Positions 8,933 to 18,472 of a stretch of DNA of 64,000 nucleotides are shown here, one piece after another. A model generated the notes under the pieces. It was not told the DNA's origin, did no database searches, and saw only the letters and a list, made by a program, of their open reading frames with translations. Numbering within the stretch: the stretch's first letter is position 1; every line of letters starts with the position of its first letter. This DNA comes from Macrostomum lignano (Eukaryota): the NCBI GenBank assembly GCA_002269645.1, contig NIVC01000450.1:1-64000 (forward strand). Direction: 5' to 3'. The position numbers and the translations under genes are program-made.

Positions 8933-11900
8933 TGTGGTGCTCGTAGTCCGCTTGGCGGGTAAGAATCTTGGCCTCTAAGAGCCGTATATTTGCGATATAT
9001 ATTCACGCAGCTGCCGACGTGCAGCTATGAGTTACGCAATACATTGGGGTACTGAGCACGTTGGCTAGAGAGCAAGAAAAAGGGCATTGTACACGCATAG
9101 GCTGCGCACCACATCTCTCCCCCAAAGCAAAAGAAAAGTCCAATACGAGAGGGTTTAAAATTTCATTGCGAAAATTGGTCAAGAAACGACGTGAAGGATT
9201 AAAAAAAATTAATTAGTAAAACAGTCTCAAATTTTTTTGATTTCGAACGATTAAATACTTAAACAATTAAAGCATGCCGATCTTTGACAGCGTTCCGGCT
9301 CAGTTCGAATCAAGTCACTGCTTGTAGCAGACGGGCTGCTTTGCTGTCCTGGGATGAGGCCTCTGCGCAATCGGACCGTCGTTGGCCGAATTTGCCTCTG
9401 TCACAGGCGCCCCCGGCCGCTGATCGCCGTCCATCTCGTCAAGGTCCCAGGGGCACTCACGAAGCGGCTTCGTCTCGGTCACATGCCGCCGAATGACTGC
9501 CGTGCCGCGTTGCAGAGTCAGGGCGCCGCCGCTGACTGCCTTGACAAGCCAAGGCCGCGGGTCGAACGGACAGCGCAGCTTGGCCTTGCCGCGGTTTCTG
9601 AGCAGCACGCGGGCGCCTGCCAGGATGCCGTGTGGCGCAGCCGAACGCCGCGTGTCGGCCGCCTTGCGCATCGCCTGCTTGTAGCCGCGGTCGTGGAGCT
9701 GCAGCTGCCGTCCGGAGCTGCCGGTTTGCTTTGTCAGGCCAGATGGCAGGATGTCGCCGGTCTCTCGGTTGAACATGAGGTCGTTGGGCGTGCGGTCGGT
9801 GCCTTGGTGCACAGAGTTGCGGTATCCGAGCAGCCACTCGTGGATCGCCCGCCGCCAGTCGTTGCCTTCGGCCGTGGCGGCGTTGATGGCCTTGTTGAGG
9901 CTGCGGTTGAAGCGCTCCACCTCGCCGTTCGCCGCCGGGTAGAGTGGGGTGACCCTGCGCTGTCGAACCCCGAGGCCGTCCAGAAACACGTTGAATTCTT
10001 CGCTCGTGAAGTAGGTGGCGTTGTCCGTAGTGATCTGCTGCGGCACACCGAAGCGGCTGAATGAGGCAATGACGCAGTTGATGACGCTGGCGCTGGTGAG
10101 GCTGCGCACCACGTAGAGGTTCGGGTAGTAGCTGAAGTAGTCCACCAAGACAACTACGTTCTCGCCCGTTGGGAATGGTCCGCACACGTCGACGCTGAGC
10201 GATTGCCAGGCCCCCGACGGAAGCGGCGTCGGCTGCATCGGCGGGTGTTTCACGGCGCCGTCGGTCCGGGCCGCTTGACACGGGAGGCAATTAGTGACGA
10301 CCGCCTCGACCTGCTTGGACATGCCGGGCCACCAGACCTTACGCTGCAGTCGGTCGCACGTCTTCTTCTGTCCGAGGTGGCCCTGGTGCGCTAAACTGAT
10401 CGTAAGCTGCTGAAGCTCCGCCGGGATCACGATTCTGTTTCCCCGGAGCAGAAGGCCTGCGTGAACGCTCAGTTCGTCTTTGAGGGACCGAAAACTGTGC
10501 GCCGGGCTCGCCGCGCCGCAGCTCCAGTTTCCTGTTTCCAAGGCGCGCATGACGACCACCAGAGCTGGGTCTCTCTCGGTCGCAGCCTGGATCCTGTCGA
10601 CGGTCAGGCCCTTTGGGGTGGCCGCTTGGACAACGGCGTTGCACAGTCTGGTGTCCTCAGCCTCGTCTTTGTGTGACGATGCGCTTGTCAGCGGATTGCG
10701 GCTCAGTGGGTCTGCCGGGTTGTCCTCGCCTTTGCGGTAGTGCAGTGTGAACGTGAAGTGCTGGGTCTGCAGCATGATACGCTCGAGCCGGGGCGGCGGC
10801 CTTGAGTCTGCTCTGTAGATCCCGAGCAGCGGCTTGTGGTCGGTGTAGATATCAAAGTGCGGGCAGCCCTCCAGGTAAAACGCGAACTTCAAGCAGCCGA
10901 ACTTGACGCCCAGGGCCTCGCGCTCGATCTGGCTGTAGCGCCGTTCGACGTCACTGAGCGTGCGGCTCGCGTAGGCCACCGGCCGCGTCTGCCCGCTTGG
11001 GTGCCGCTGCTGCAGAATGGCACCAACGCCGACGGGTGACGCAGCGACCACCAGCTCGGTCGGCAGCCGCTTGTCGAAGAAGGCCAGCGTGCAGCCCTCG
11101 GAGATGCAGTCCTTGACGGCCTGGAAGGACTGCTGCTGCTCGCGGTCCCAGACGAATTCCTGGCCTTTCCGTGTTAGTCGCCTCAGCGGCTCCGCTTTGT
11201 TGGAAAGGTGCGGCATGAACTTCTCGAGGTGATTGGCCAGGCCGAGAAACGACCGGACTTCCTTGGCAGACTGTGGATCCTTGAATGCTTGCAGCTCTGC
11301 GATTTTCTCTTCTGATGGCTGAATGCCGAACTTGGAGAGCGTCATGGCCATGAACTTGGCCTTGCCGATGCCCCAGCGGCACTTGCTGGCATTCAGGGTG
11401 ATGCCATTGTCACGCAGTCTGGTCAGGCAGGCTGCCACGTGTTCCTGGTGAACTTCAGGGCCCTGACTGTGGATGATGATGTCGTCGTGGATCCACTTGA
11501 CACCAGTGAGGCCTTCCAGCACTTGCTGCATGACGCGCTGCAGGATCTCCGAGGCGGAGGCGAATCCCATGCTCAGGCGTGTCAGCTGACGCATCCCTCG
11601 GGGCGTTGAGAAGACGAAGTACTTGCGGCTGTCCTCACTGATCTCAATTTTATGAAACGCCTTGAAGATGTCGAGCTTGGTGAAGATTGTCGACCCCGTC
11701 ATGTCGCTGGTAGCTTCTTCAAAAGTCGGGATTTGGTGTCGTTGCCTCAGGGCCGCCTTGTTAACGTCTCGCAAATCCTGGGTGATCCTCACGGTCTTCC
11801 CGTCTTCTTTCGGTACCACGACGATGCGACTGACCCATGGCGTGGGGCCTTCTACTGGCTGGATGATCTGCAGGCGCTCTTGCTCGTCCAGCTCGCGGTC

Positions 11901-13449
11901 CAGCGCCTCTCTGAGATGCACTGGTACCCGAGAGGGCGGATGGCAGACGGGCCTGGCGTCAGGCTTGATACCAATCTGAACCGAAACACCCTTGACCTTT
12001 CCGAGGCCTTTGAAGAGCTCCGGAAATCGCTTGGCCAGCGCCAGGGTCTCTGCGTTCTTCGTCTCGGCTGCTGCGATCGCGCGAACCTGAGGCCCCAAGC
12101 TCAGAAGGCGGAGTGAGGTTGATGCCTCCCGTCCCAGGATGTTGACGCCGTCGCCGGGGACGACGATGAAGCGAACCTCCTGGCTATCTTGGCCGGTTGT
12201 CACCTGCAGGCTGCAGGCTCCCAGGATGCTGAGCGGTTCTGAAGAGCGGAAGGCGAATACCTTTGTGCGAGTTGTCTGCAGCGGCGGGGGTCGCGGCAGT
12301 TTCCGCCAGGCTTTCTCTGTCAAGATATTGCAGTCGGCCCCGCTGTCGACCAGGACTTCCAGCTGCGTTGAGTCGACGAGCACTGTTGTGCGGGCGCCCG
12401 CTGTAGCCGTCCCGGTGGCCGCCACGGTCAGACAGAAGATGCTGTCCTCAGGCTCTGAGCTGTCGCTGTCGGCCTGCAGGGCGCGGACGGCTTCCAACGG
12501 CCGGGAGAGGCAGGCCCTCGCCAAGTGATTTCGCCTTCCGCAGCGCTCGCACGTCTTGCCTCTGGCTGCGTTGCATGTGCGGTGGCCCGGGACTCCGCAT
12601 CTGATGCACGTGGTCTGCTTGCCTGGCTGCTGCTTGGCTGGTCCCTTGACTGGGCGCTCTGCTGATGAGGCCGCTGCACCAGTGTCTCGAAGCCGAAGTC
12701 GCTGTACCGCCGCCTCGTTAGATTCCATGAGGCTTGCCTGAGTCTCTGCTGTCTCCATGGCTCTGGCCACCCGAAGCGCCTGCTCCAGGTCGACATTGTC
12801 GATCGCTAGCAGCTTGCGGCGAAGCTGCTCTGAACTGCAGCCGGCGATCACCTGGTCACGGATCAGGGAGTCTCTGAGGCCCTCGAAGCCGCAGCAGTCG
12901 GCAGCATCTTTGAGGCACTGGAGCCATTCGTCGATGGGCTCGCCGGACCGCTGCGTGCACAACCTGAACTGATAGCGGGTGAACGGGAGATTCCGCTTGC
13001 TGTCGAAGTGGTCGTTAAGCGCGGCTACAAGTGTTTCGACGTCTTTGCCTGCTGCCTCTTTGTCGCCGAGACCGGCCGCAATCGACTGCAAGTCCTCTCC
13101 GGCTGTATACAGCAGAAGCTGGCGAAGCCGCTTTTTGTCTTCGATGTTTGCAGCCACAGCGAAAAGTTCAAATTGTGCGTACCACTTTTTCCATTTAGTC
13201 TGGGCCGTGTTGGGGTCTGTTCGCAGGTCCAAGCGCGCTGGGCTTGGTAAGTTTAGCTGCGACGCCATTGTAGTGCTCGTAGTCCGCTTGGCGGGTAAGA
13301 ATCTTGGCCTCTAAGAGCCGTATATTTGCGATATATATTCACGCAGCTGCCGACGTGCAGCTATGAGTTACGCAATACATTGGGGTACTGAGCACGTTGG
13401 CTAGAGAGCAAGAGAAAGGGCATTGTACACGCATAGGCTGCGCACAACA
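8933..13449 (-). mobile_element. Ty3/Gypsy LTR retrotransposon family 1, copy A (full length)
   Basis: 181-bp LTRs at 8933-9113 and 13269-13449 with TG...CA ends, and a 5-bp TSD ATGCT (8928-8932, 13450-13454). PBS TGGCGTCGCAG begins at 13267 and PPT GGGGGAGAGA abuts the 3' LTR. There is a single gag-pol ORF. Confidence 0.97.
9315..13268 (-). CDS. Gag-Pol polyprotein (gag, two CCHC-type knuckles, protease, RT, RNase H, integrase), 1317 aa
   Basis: Motifs LVDSGAD, IHDD, VVAASPVG (catalytic D replaced by A), TDHKPL, HQGH...CLPC, VDVCGP, TDNATYF and NGEVERFN occur in the Gypsy order PR-RT-RH-INT. Confidence 0.95.
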   Translation of the reverse strand: MASQLNLPSPARLDLRTDPNTAQTKWKKWYAQFELFAVAANIEDKKRLRQLLLYTAGEDLQSIAAGLGDKEAAGKDVETLVAALNDHFDSKRNLPFTRYQFRLCTQRSGEPIDEWLQCLKDAADCCGFEGLRDSLIRDQVIAGCSSEQLRRKLLAIDNVDLEQALRVARAMETAETQASLMESNEAAVQRLRLRDTGAAASSAERPVKGPAKQQPGKQTTCIRCGVPGHRTCNAARGKTCERCGRRNHLARACLSRPLEAVRALQADSDSSEPEDSIFCLTVAATGTATAGARTTVLVDSTQLEVLVDSGADCNILTEKAWRKLPRPPPLQTTRTKVFAFRSSEPLSILGACSLQVTTGQDSQEVRFIVVPGDGVNILGREASTSLRLLSLGPQVRAIAAAETKNAETLALAKRFPELFKGLGKVKGVSVQIGIKPDARPVCHPPSRVPVHLREALDRELDEQERLQIIQPVEGPTPWVSRIVVVPKEDGKTVRITQDLRDVNKAALRQRHQIPTFEEATSDMTGSTIFTKLDIFKAFHKIEISEDSRKYFVFSTPRGMRQLTRLSMGFASASEILQRVMQQVLEGLTGVKWIHDDIIIHSQGPEVHQEHVAACLTRLRDNGITLNASKCRWGIGKAKFMAMTLSKFGIQPSEEKIAELQAFKDPQSAKEVRSFLGLANHLEKFMPHLSNKAEPLRRLTRKGQEFVWDREQQQSFQAVKDCISEGCTLAFFDKRLPTELVVAASPVGVGAILQQRHPSGQTRPVAYASRTLSDVERRYSQIEREALGVKFGCLKFAFYLEGCPHFDIYTDHKPLLGIYRADSRPPPRLERIMLQTQHFTFTLHYRKGEDNPADPLSRNPLTSASSHKDEAEDTRLCNAVVQAATPKGLTVDRIQAATERDPALVVVMRALETGNWSCGAASPAHSFRSLKDELSVHAGLLLRGNRIVIPAELQQLTISLAHQGHLGQKKTCDRLQRKVWWPGMSKQVEAVVTNCLPCQAARTDGAVKHPPMQPTPLPSGAWQSLSVDVCGPFPTGENVVVLVDYFSYYPNLYVVRSLTSASVINCVIASFSRFGVPQQITTDNATYFTSEEFNVFLDGLGVRQRRVTPLYPAANGEVERFNRSLNKAINAATAEGNDWRRAIHEWLLGYRNSVHQGTDRTPNDLMFNRETGDILPSGLTKQTGSSGRQLQLHDRGYKQAMRKAADTRRSAAPHGILAGARVLLRNRGKAKLRCPFDPRPWLVKAVSGGALTLQRGTAVIRRHVTETKPLRECPWDLDEMDGDQRPGAPVTEANSANDGPIAQRPHPRTAKQPVCYKQ

Positions 13450-13462
13450 ATGCTCTTGCCCC

Positions 13463-13540
<78 letters not shown>
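13463..13540 (+). repeat. (AAC)26 microsatellite, probable 3' tail of the LINE
   Basis: It lies 8 nt after the right TSD of the LTR element and continues the LINE 3' UTR. Copy B has (AAC)27 at 39145-39225. Confidence 0.85.
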
Positions 13541-13541
<1 letters not shown>

Positions 13542-13679
13542 GAAACGGAAGACGCAACACGAAGCTGAGACTGTGTTTTAGCAATGCTATATTTAGTGAA
13601 GTCTCAGAATTTCTCACAGAAATGCGATAGAAATAGGCGCTTTAAAAATTCTCGAAAATTTTATTAAATGAATTTCTCA

Positions 13680-15593
13680 GCATCTGTCTTGGTGTCCGTT
13701 TTAGTGTCTGTCTCAGTGTCTGTCTCATTGTCTGTCTGAGTGTCTGTCTCAGTGTCTGTCTCAGTGTCTGTCTCAGTGTCTGTCTCAGTGTCTGTCTCAT
13801 TGTCTGTCTGAGTGTCTGTCTCAGTGTCTGTCTCAGTGTCTGTCTGAGTGTCTGTCTCAGTGTCTGTCTCAGTGTCTGTCTCAGTGTCTGTCTCAATATC
13901 TGTCTCATTGTTTGTCTCATTGTCTGTCTCAGTGTCTGTCTCATTGTCTGTCTCAGTGTCTGTCTGAGTGTCTGTCTCAGTGTCTGTCTGAGTGTCTGTC
14001 TCATTGTCTGTCTCATTGTCTGTCTCATTGTCTGTCTCAGTGTCTGTCTCATTGTCTGTCTCAGTGTCTGTCTCATTGTCTGTCTCAGTGTCTGTCTGAG
14101 TGTCTGTCTCAGTGTCTGTCTCATTGTCTGTCTGAGTGTCTGTCTCATTGTCTGTCTCATTGTCTGTCTCATTGTCTGTCTGAGTGTCTGTCTCATTGTC
14201 TGTCTGAGTGTCTGTCTCATTGTCTGTCTCAGCGTCTGTCTTAGTATTTGTCTTAGTGTCTGTCTTGGTGTCCATTTTAGTGTCTGTCTCATTGTCTGTC
14301 TGAGTGTCTGTCTCATTGTCTGTCTTAGTATTTGTCTTAGTGTCTGTCTTGGTGTCCATTTTAGTGTCTGTCTCATTGTCTGTCTGAGCGTCTGTCTCAT
14401 TGTCTGTCTGTGTGTCTGTCTCATTGTCTGTCTGAGTGTCTGTCTCATTGTCTGTCTGAGTGTCTGTCTCAGTGTCTGTCTCAGTGTCTGTCTGAGTGTC
14501 TGTCTCAGTGTCTGTCTCAGTGTCTGTCTCAGTGTCTGTCTCAGTGTCTGTCTCAGTGTCTGTCTCAGTGTCTGTCTCAGTGTCTGTCTCATTGTCTGTC
14601 TTAGCGTCTGTCTTAGTATTTGTCTTAGTGTCTGTATTGGTGTCCATTTTAGTGTCTGTCTCATTGTTAGTCTGAGTGTCTGTCTCATTGTCTGTCTGAG
14701 TGTCTGTCTCATTGTCTGTTTTAGTATTTGTCTTAGTGTCTGTCTTGGTGTCCATTTTAGTGTCTGTCTCATTGTCTGTCTCAGTGTCTGTCTCAGTGTC
14801 TGTCTCAGTGTCTGTCTCATTGTCTGTCTCATTGTCTGTCTCAGTGTCTGTCTCATTGTCTGTCTCATTGTCTGTCTCATTGTCTGTCTCATTGTCTGTC
14901 TGAGTGTCTGTCTCATTGTCTGTCTGAGTGTCTGTCTCAGTGTCTGTCTGAGTGTCTGTCTCAGTGTCTGTCTCAGTGTCTGTCTCAGTGTCTGTCTCAG
15001 TGTCTGTCTCAGTGTCTGTCTCAGTGTCTGTCTCATTGTCTGTCTCAGTGTCTGTCTCATTGTCTGTCTCAGTGTCTGTCTCATTGTCTGTCTCAGTGTC
15101 TGTCTGAGTGTCTGTCTCAGTGTCTGTCTCAGTGTCTGTCTCAGTATCTGTCTCAGTGTCTGTCTCATTGTCTGTCTCATTGTCTGTCTCATTGTCTGTC
15201 TGAGTGTCTGTCTCATTGTCTGTCTGTGTGTCTGTCTCATTGTCTGTCTTAGCGTCTGTCTTAGTATTTGTCTTAGTGTCTGTCTTGGTGTCCATTTCAG
15301 TGTCTGTCTCATTGTCTGTCTGTCTGTCTCATTGTCTGTCTGAGTGTCTGTCTCATTGTCTGTCTTAGTATTTGTCTTAGTGTCTGTCTTGGTGTCCATT
15401 TTAGTGTCTGTCTCATTGTCTGTCTGAGTGTCTGTCTCATTGTCTGTCTGAGTGTCTGTCTCATTGTCTGTCTGAGTGTCCGTCTCATTGTCTGTCTGAG
15501 TGTCTGTCTCATTGTCTGTCTCAGTGTCTGTCTCATTGTCTGTCTCAGTGTCTGTCTGAGTGTCTGTCTCATTGTCTGTCTCAGTGTCTGTCT
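13680..15593. repeat. 12-bp satellite (gtgtctgtctca / ttgtctgtctca) with recurring longer variant blocks, copy A
   Basis: About 1.9 kb of tandem units. The variant block gtcttagtatttgtcttagtgtctgtcttggtgtccattttagt recurs several times. Confidence 0.95.
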
Positions 15594-16209
15594 TACGAGT
15601 GCTAATTACGCTCGTATTTCACCCAAAGGTCCTACTCAGCTCCAGTCAAATCAAACAGTGCTAAAAATCCAACATCAAAACCTCGAACGCTAATATTCGA
15701 GTTTGCATAACCAGAAAGCAACAAATGAGCTGAGCACTGTATTTGATCTCCACAACAGCTGTCAGAGGTTCAGACTGACAGCAGATCACTCAGAATTCCC
15801 TCAAAACGGTCACTCAAATTACTCAAATTCAAATTTTACTCAACGTCATTAAAATCCCAGACTGAGAAGCGGACCAACTGAAAAGTGAGATCATTTTCAA
15901 AGCCCATTGCTGACCATGTTGAATCTCATGGTCTGAGCGGGCAGATCGAGTTGTATTTTCCGGTTAAAATTATTCTGCAATGTTTAATTTGACAATTTCG
16001 GTTTGCCGAAAGACACACTGGAATCCCAGCGCTGTGTAATTTGAGTCCCCTGCAGTCCCGACTGTGCTCAACTGTGAAACCCAGTTGAGTTGCAGTGCAA
16101 AAATTGCTCACAGACTCAGATAAACAGACAGACAGACTGCAATATTCTGACAAATATGACACAAACATATGCGCAATGTTTATTTTCCTGCCCAAAGCCA
16201 GGCAGTGTC

Positions 16210-16331
16210 TATAAATACACCGGAGCTGCAGAGCGAACCTGCATTGCGTCTACAAATTTCAAACGCTGCTTCATAAAATATTCAAAAAGAGTAAGTCTAT
16301 TTTTTTAAGCTTTTCAGTTTTTTATTCTCAG
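16210..16331 (+). promoter_or_regulatory. TATA box and 41-bp 5'-UTR intron of secreted Cys-module gene A
   Basis: TATAAATA at 16210-16217, donor GTAAGT at 16291, and pyrimidine-rich acceptor ttttattctcAG ending at 16331. ATG at 16340. Confidence 0.7.
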
Positions 16332-16339
16332 CCAACTTC

Positions 16340-18472
16340 ATGAGAATTCATTTGCTCTCGCATCTCGCAGTGTCCCGTTTGCTTCTCGTTGTGCTGGCGT
16401 CCCTGCCAGTCCTGGCGTTTGGCGCCGCCGTCACCTGCCGCTACGGGGACCGCACACTGCGGCCGGGCCAGAGCCACGTGTTTGAGCAGAACTGCGCCAG
16501 GCACAACTGCACCTGCAGCCCCGGTGTGGCTGGCAGCGACATGTGCAAATCTACCATGAGTGAGTAGTCTGGTGCTGGCGCCCCTGATGCTGGCGCCCCT
16601 GGTGCTGGCGCCCCTTGTGCTGGCGCCCCTGGTGCTGGCGCCCCTGGTGCTGGCGCCCCTGGTGCTGGCGCCCCTGGTGCTGGCGCCTCTGGTGCTGGCG
16701 CCCCTGGTGCTGGCGCCCCTGGTGCTGGCGCCCCTGGTGCTGGCGCCTCTGGTGCTGGCGCCCCTGGTGCTGGCGCCCCTGGTGCTGGCGCCCCTGGTGC
16801 TGGCGCCCCTGGTGCTGGCGCCCCTGGTGCTGGCGCCCCTGGTGCTGGCGCCACTGGTGCTGGCGCCCCTGGTGCTGGCGCCCCTGGTGCTGGCGCCCCT
16901 GGTGCTGGCGCCCCTGGTGCTGGCGCCCCTGGTGCTGGCGCCCCTGGTGCTGGCGCCCCTGGTGCTGGCGCCCCTGGTGCTGGCGCCCCTGGTCCGCTCA
17001 CCTGCTCAATTTACTTCCAATTGCAGTCGGCTGCCTGGAGAGCAGCGGCAGCAGGTGCTACAAGGCTGGCGAGGCCGCCACGGTGACCGGCGCCAGCGGC
17101 CCGATGCACTGCGTCTGCCAGCAGGAGTCTGGCGGCTCGTTCACCTTCGCCAACTGCAGAACTGGTGAGTGCGAGGGCTGCCCCAGGTTTAGTGCTGCAG
17201 ACTAGCGCTGCTGCCCCCCCCGCTGGGGAACCCCGGTTTCTATCGTTGGCGTGCTTGAAAGAAGATCTATATATAGGTAATGAAGAAGAATACTGTGCCG
17301 TTTTAGTGTCACATGAGATAACTGTCCTTTGGGTGACCCCTGTCTCTTTGTGGGCGCCCCTGTCTCTTTGTTGGCGCCCCTGTCTCTTAGGTTGGCGCCC
17401 CTGTCTCTTAGGTTGGCGCCCTTGTCTCTTAGGTTGGCGCCCCTGTCTCTTAGGTTGGCGCCCCTGTCTATTAGGTTGGCGCCCCTGTCTCTTAGGTTGG
17501 CGCCCCTGTCTCTTAGGTTCGCGCCCCTGTCTCTTAGGTTGGCACCCCTGTCTCTAGGTTGGCGCCCTTGTCTCTTAGGTGTGCGCCCTTGTCTCTTAGG
17601 TTGGCGCCCCTGTCTCTTAGGTTGGCGTCCCTTTCTCTTAGGTACGTGAACGTCTCTGCATCTTGTACGGGAATTTACACATAGATGTCCTTTCCAGGAA
17701 CTGGTAAATTGAGCTCGTATCATTTATGTCAGTCCTTTTTCATTTAGTTGTTGAAGGAGCCCCCAGCCCCCAGCCCCCGCTATCGCACCCCACTGAGCTC
17801 CGAAACTCTGCCGACTCCCGCAGAGACCTGCAGGGACAGCCGAACCGGAGAGGCCAAGCAGAAGGGCCAGCAGGTCACCACAGTGAGCGGCGGCGTCACC
17901 TACATTTGCACCTGCGCTGGAGTTGACGGCTTCCAGAACTGCCGCACCGAGGAGGCCGTGCGCAACGAGGGCAGGTGCCTGGACGCGGCCTCCGGCAGCT
18001 ACGTGGAGGTCGGCGCCCCGGCCACCACCGAGCGGGACGGAGCCGTCGTGCACTGCACCTGCGGTGGCACCAATGCCTACGTGAACTGCCGGTCTCCGCT
18101 GTGCAGAGACGTCAGCGGATCCGACAAGAAGGCCGGCGAGAAAGTGACGGTGGAGAACGGCGGCGTGATGTTCGTGTGCGACTGCGCCGGGCTGGAAGGC
18201 TACAGGAACTGCCTGACCAAGGAGCAGTTCGACAACGCCGGCAAGTGCAGGGACATCGAGGGCCGCTACGTGGATCGCGGCCAGCGCTACCGGGTGCGCT
18301 ACGGCGGGGTGCGCTACGAGTGCACCTGCGACGGGGACAACCGGGGCAAGGAGTGCAGCGGTGAGTAGCGAAATTATGAGTAGCTTGACTAGCTTGTGAG
18401 TTCGCCCTGACTAACCTGTCCCTCTGTGGTTATGAGTAACTGATGATTCCAATTCTCATTTCAGCTCTGTGA
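16340..18472 (+). CDS. Secreted protein, 300 aa, signal peptide + six Cys modules (fibronectin type I / VWC-subdomain-like), paralogue A. Coding exons 16340-16559, 17027-17164, 17824-18360, 18465-18472
   Basis: Hydrophobic N-terminus (LLLVVLASLPVLAFG). All introns are GTGAGT...CAG and phase 1, and the exons join to 903 nt including the stop. The module pattern is C.D..G....G...........C.C.G......C. Confidence 0.85.
16569..16992 (+). repeat. 15-bp intronic minisatellite (ctggtgctggcgccc), about 28 copies
   Basis: It fills most of the intron between coding exons 1 and 2. The paralogous array at 43344-43661 is shorter. Confidence 0.95.
17335..17645 (-). repeat. 20-bp minisatellite family (variant), reverse orientation, intronic
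   Basis: cccctgtctcttaggttggcg is the reverse complement of a variant of the 6304-7740 unit. The paralogue lies at 44005-44552. Confidence 0.9.

Noticed and set aside
13339-13630. Poly-Asn / poly-Leu ORFs
   Set aside because: Translation of the (AAC)n tail.
13642-15399. TDTETD and RQTL repeat ORFs resembling acidic or adhesive proteins (also 39327-42347)
   Set aside because: Translations of a 12-bp satellite whose length differs by more than 1 kb between duplicates. There is no signal peptide or splice support, and frames switch within the array.
16441-17001. Collagen- or elastin-like PGAPA ORF on the minus strand
   Set aside because: A 15-bp intronic minisatellite antisense to a well-supported gene.
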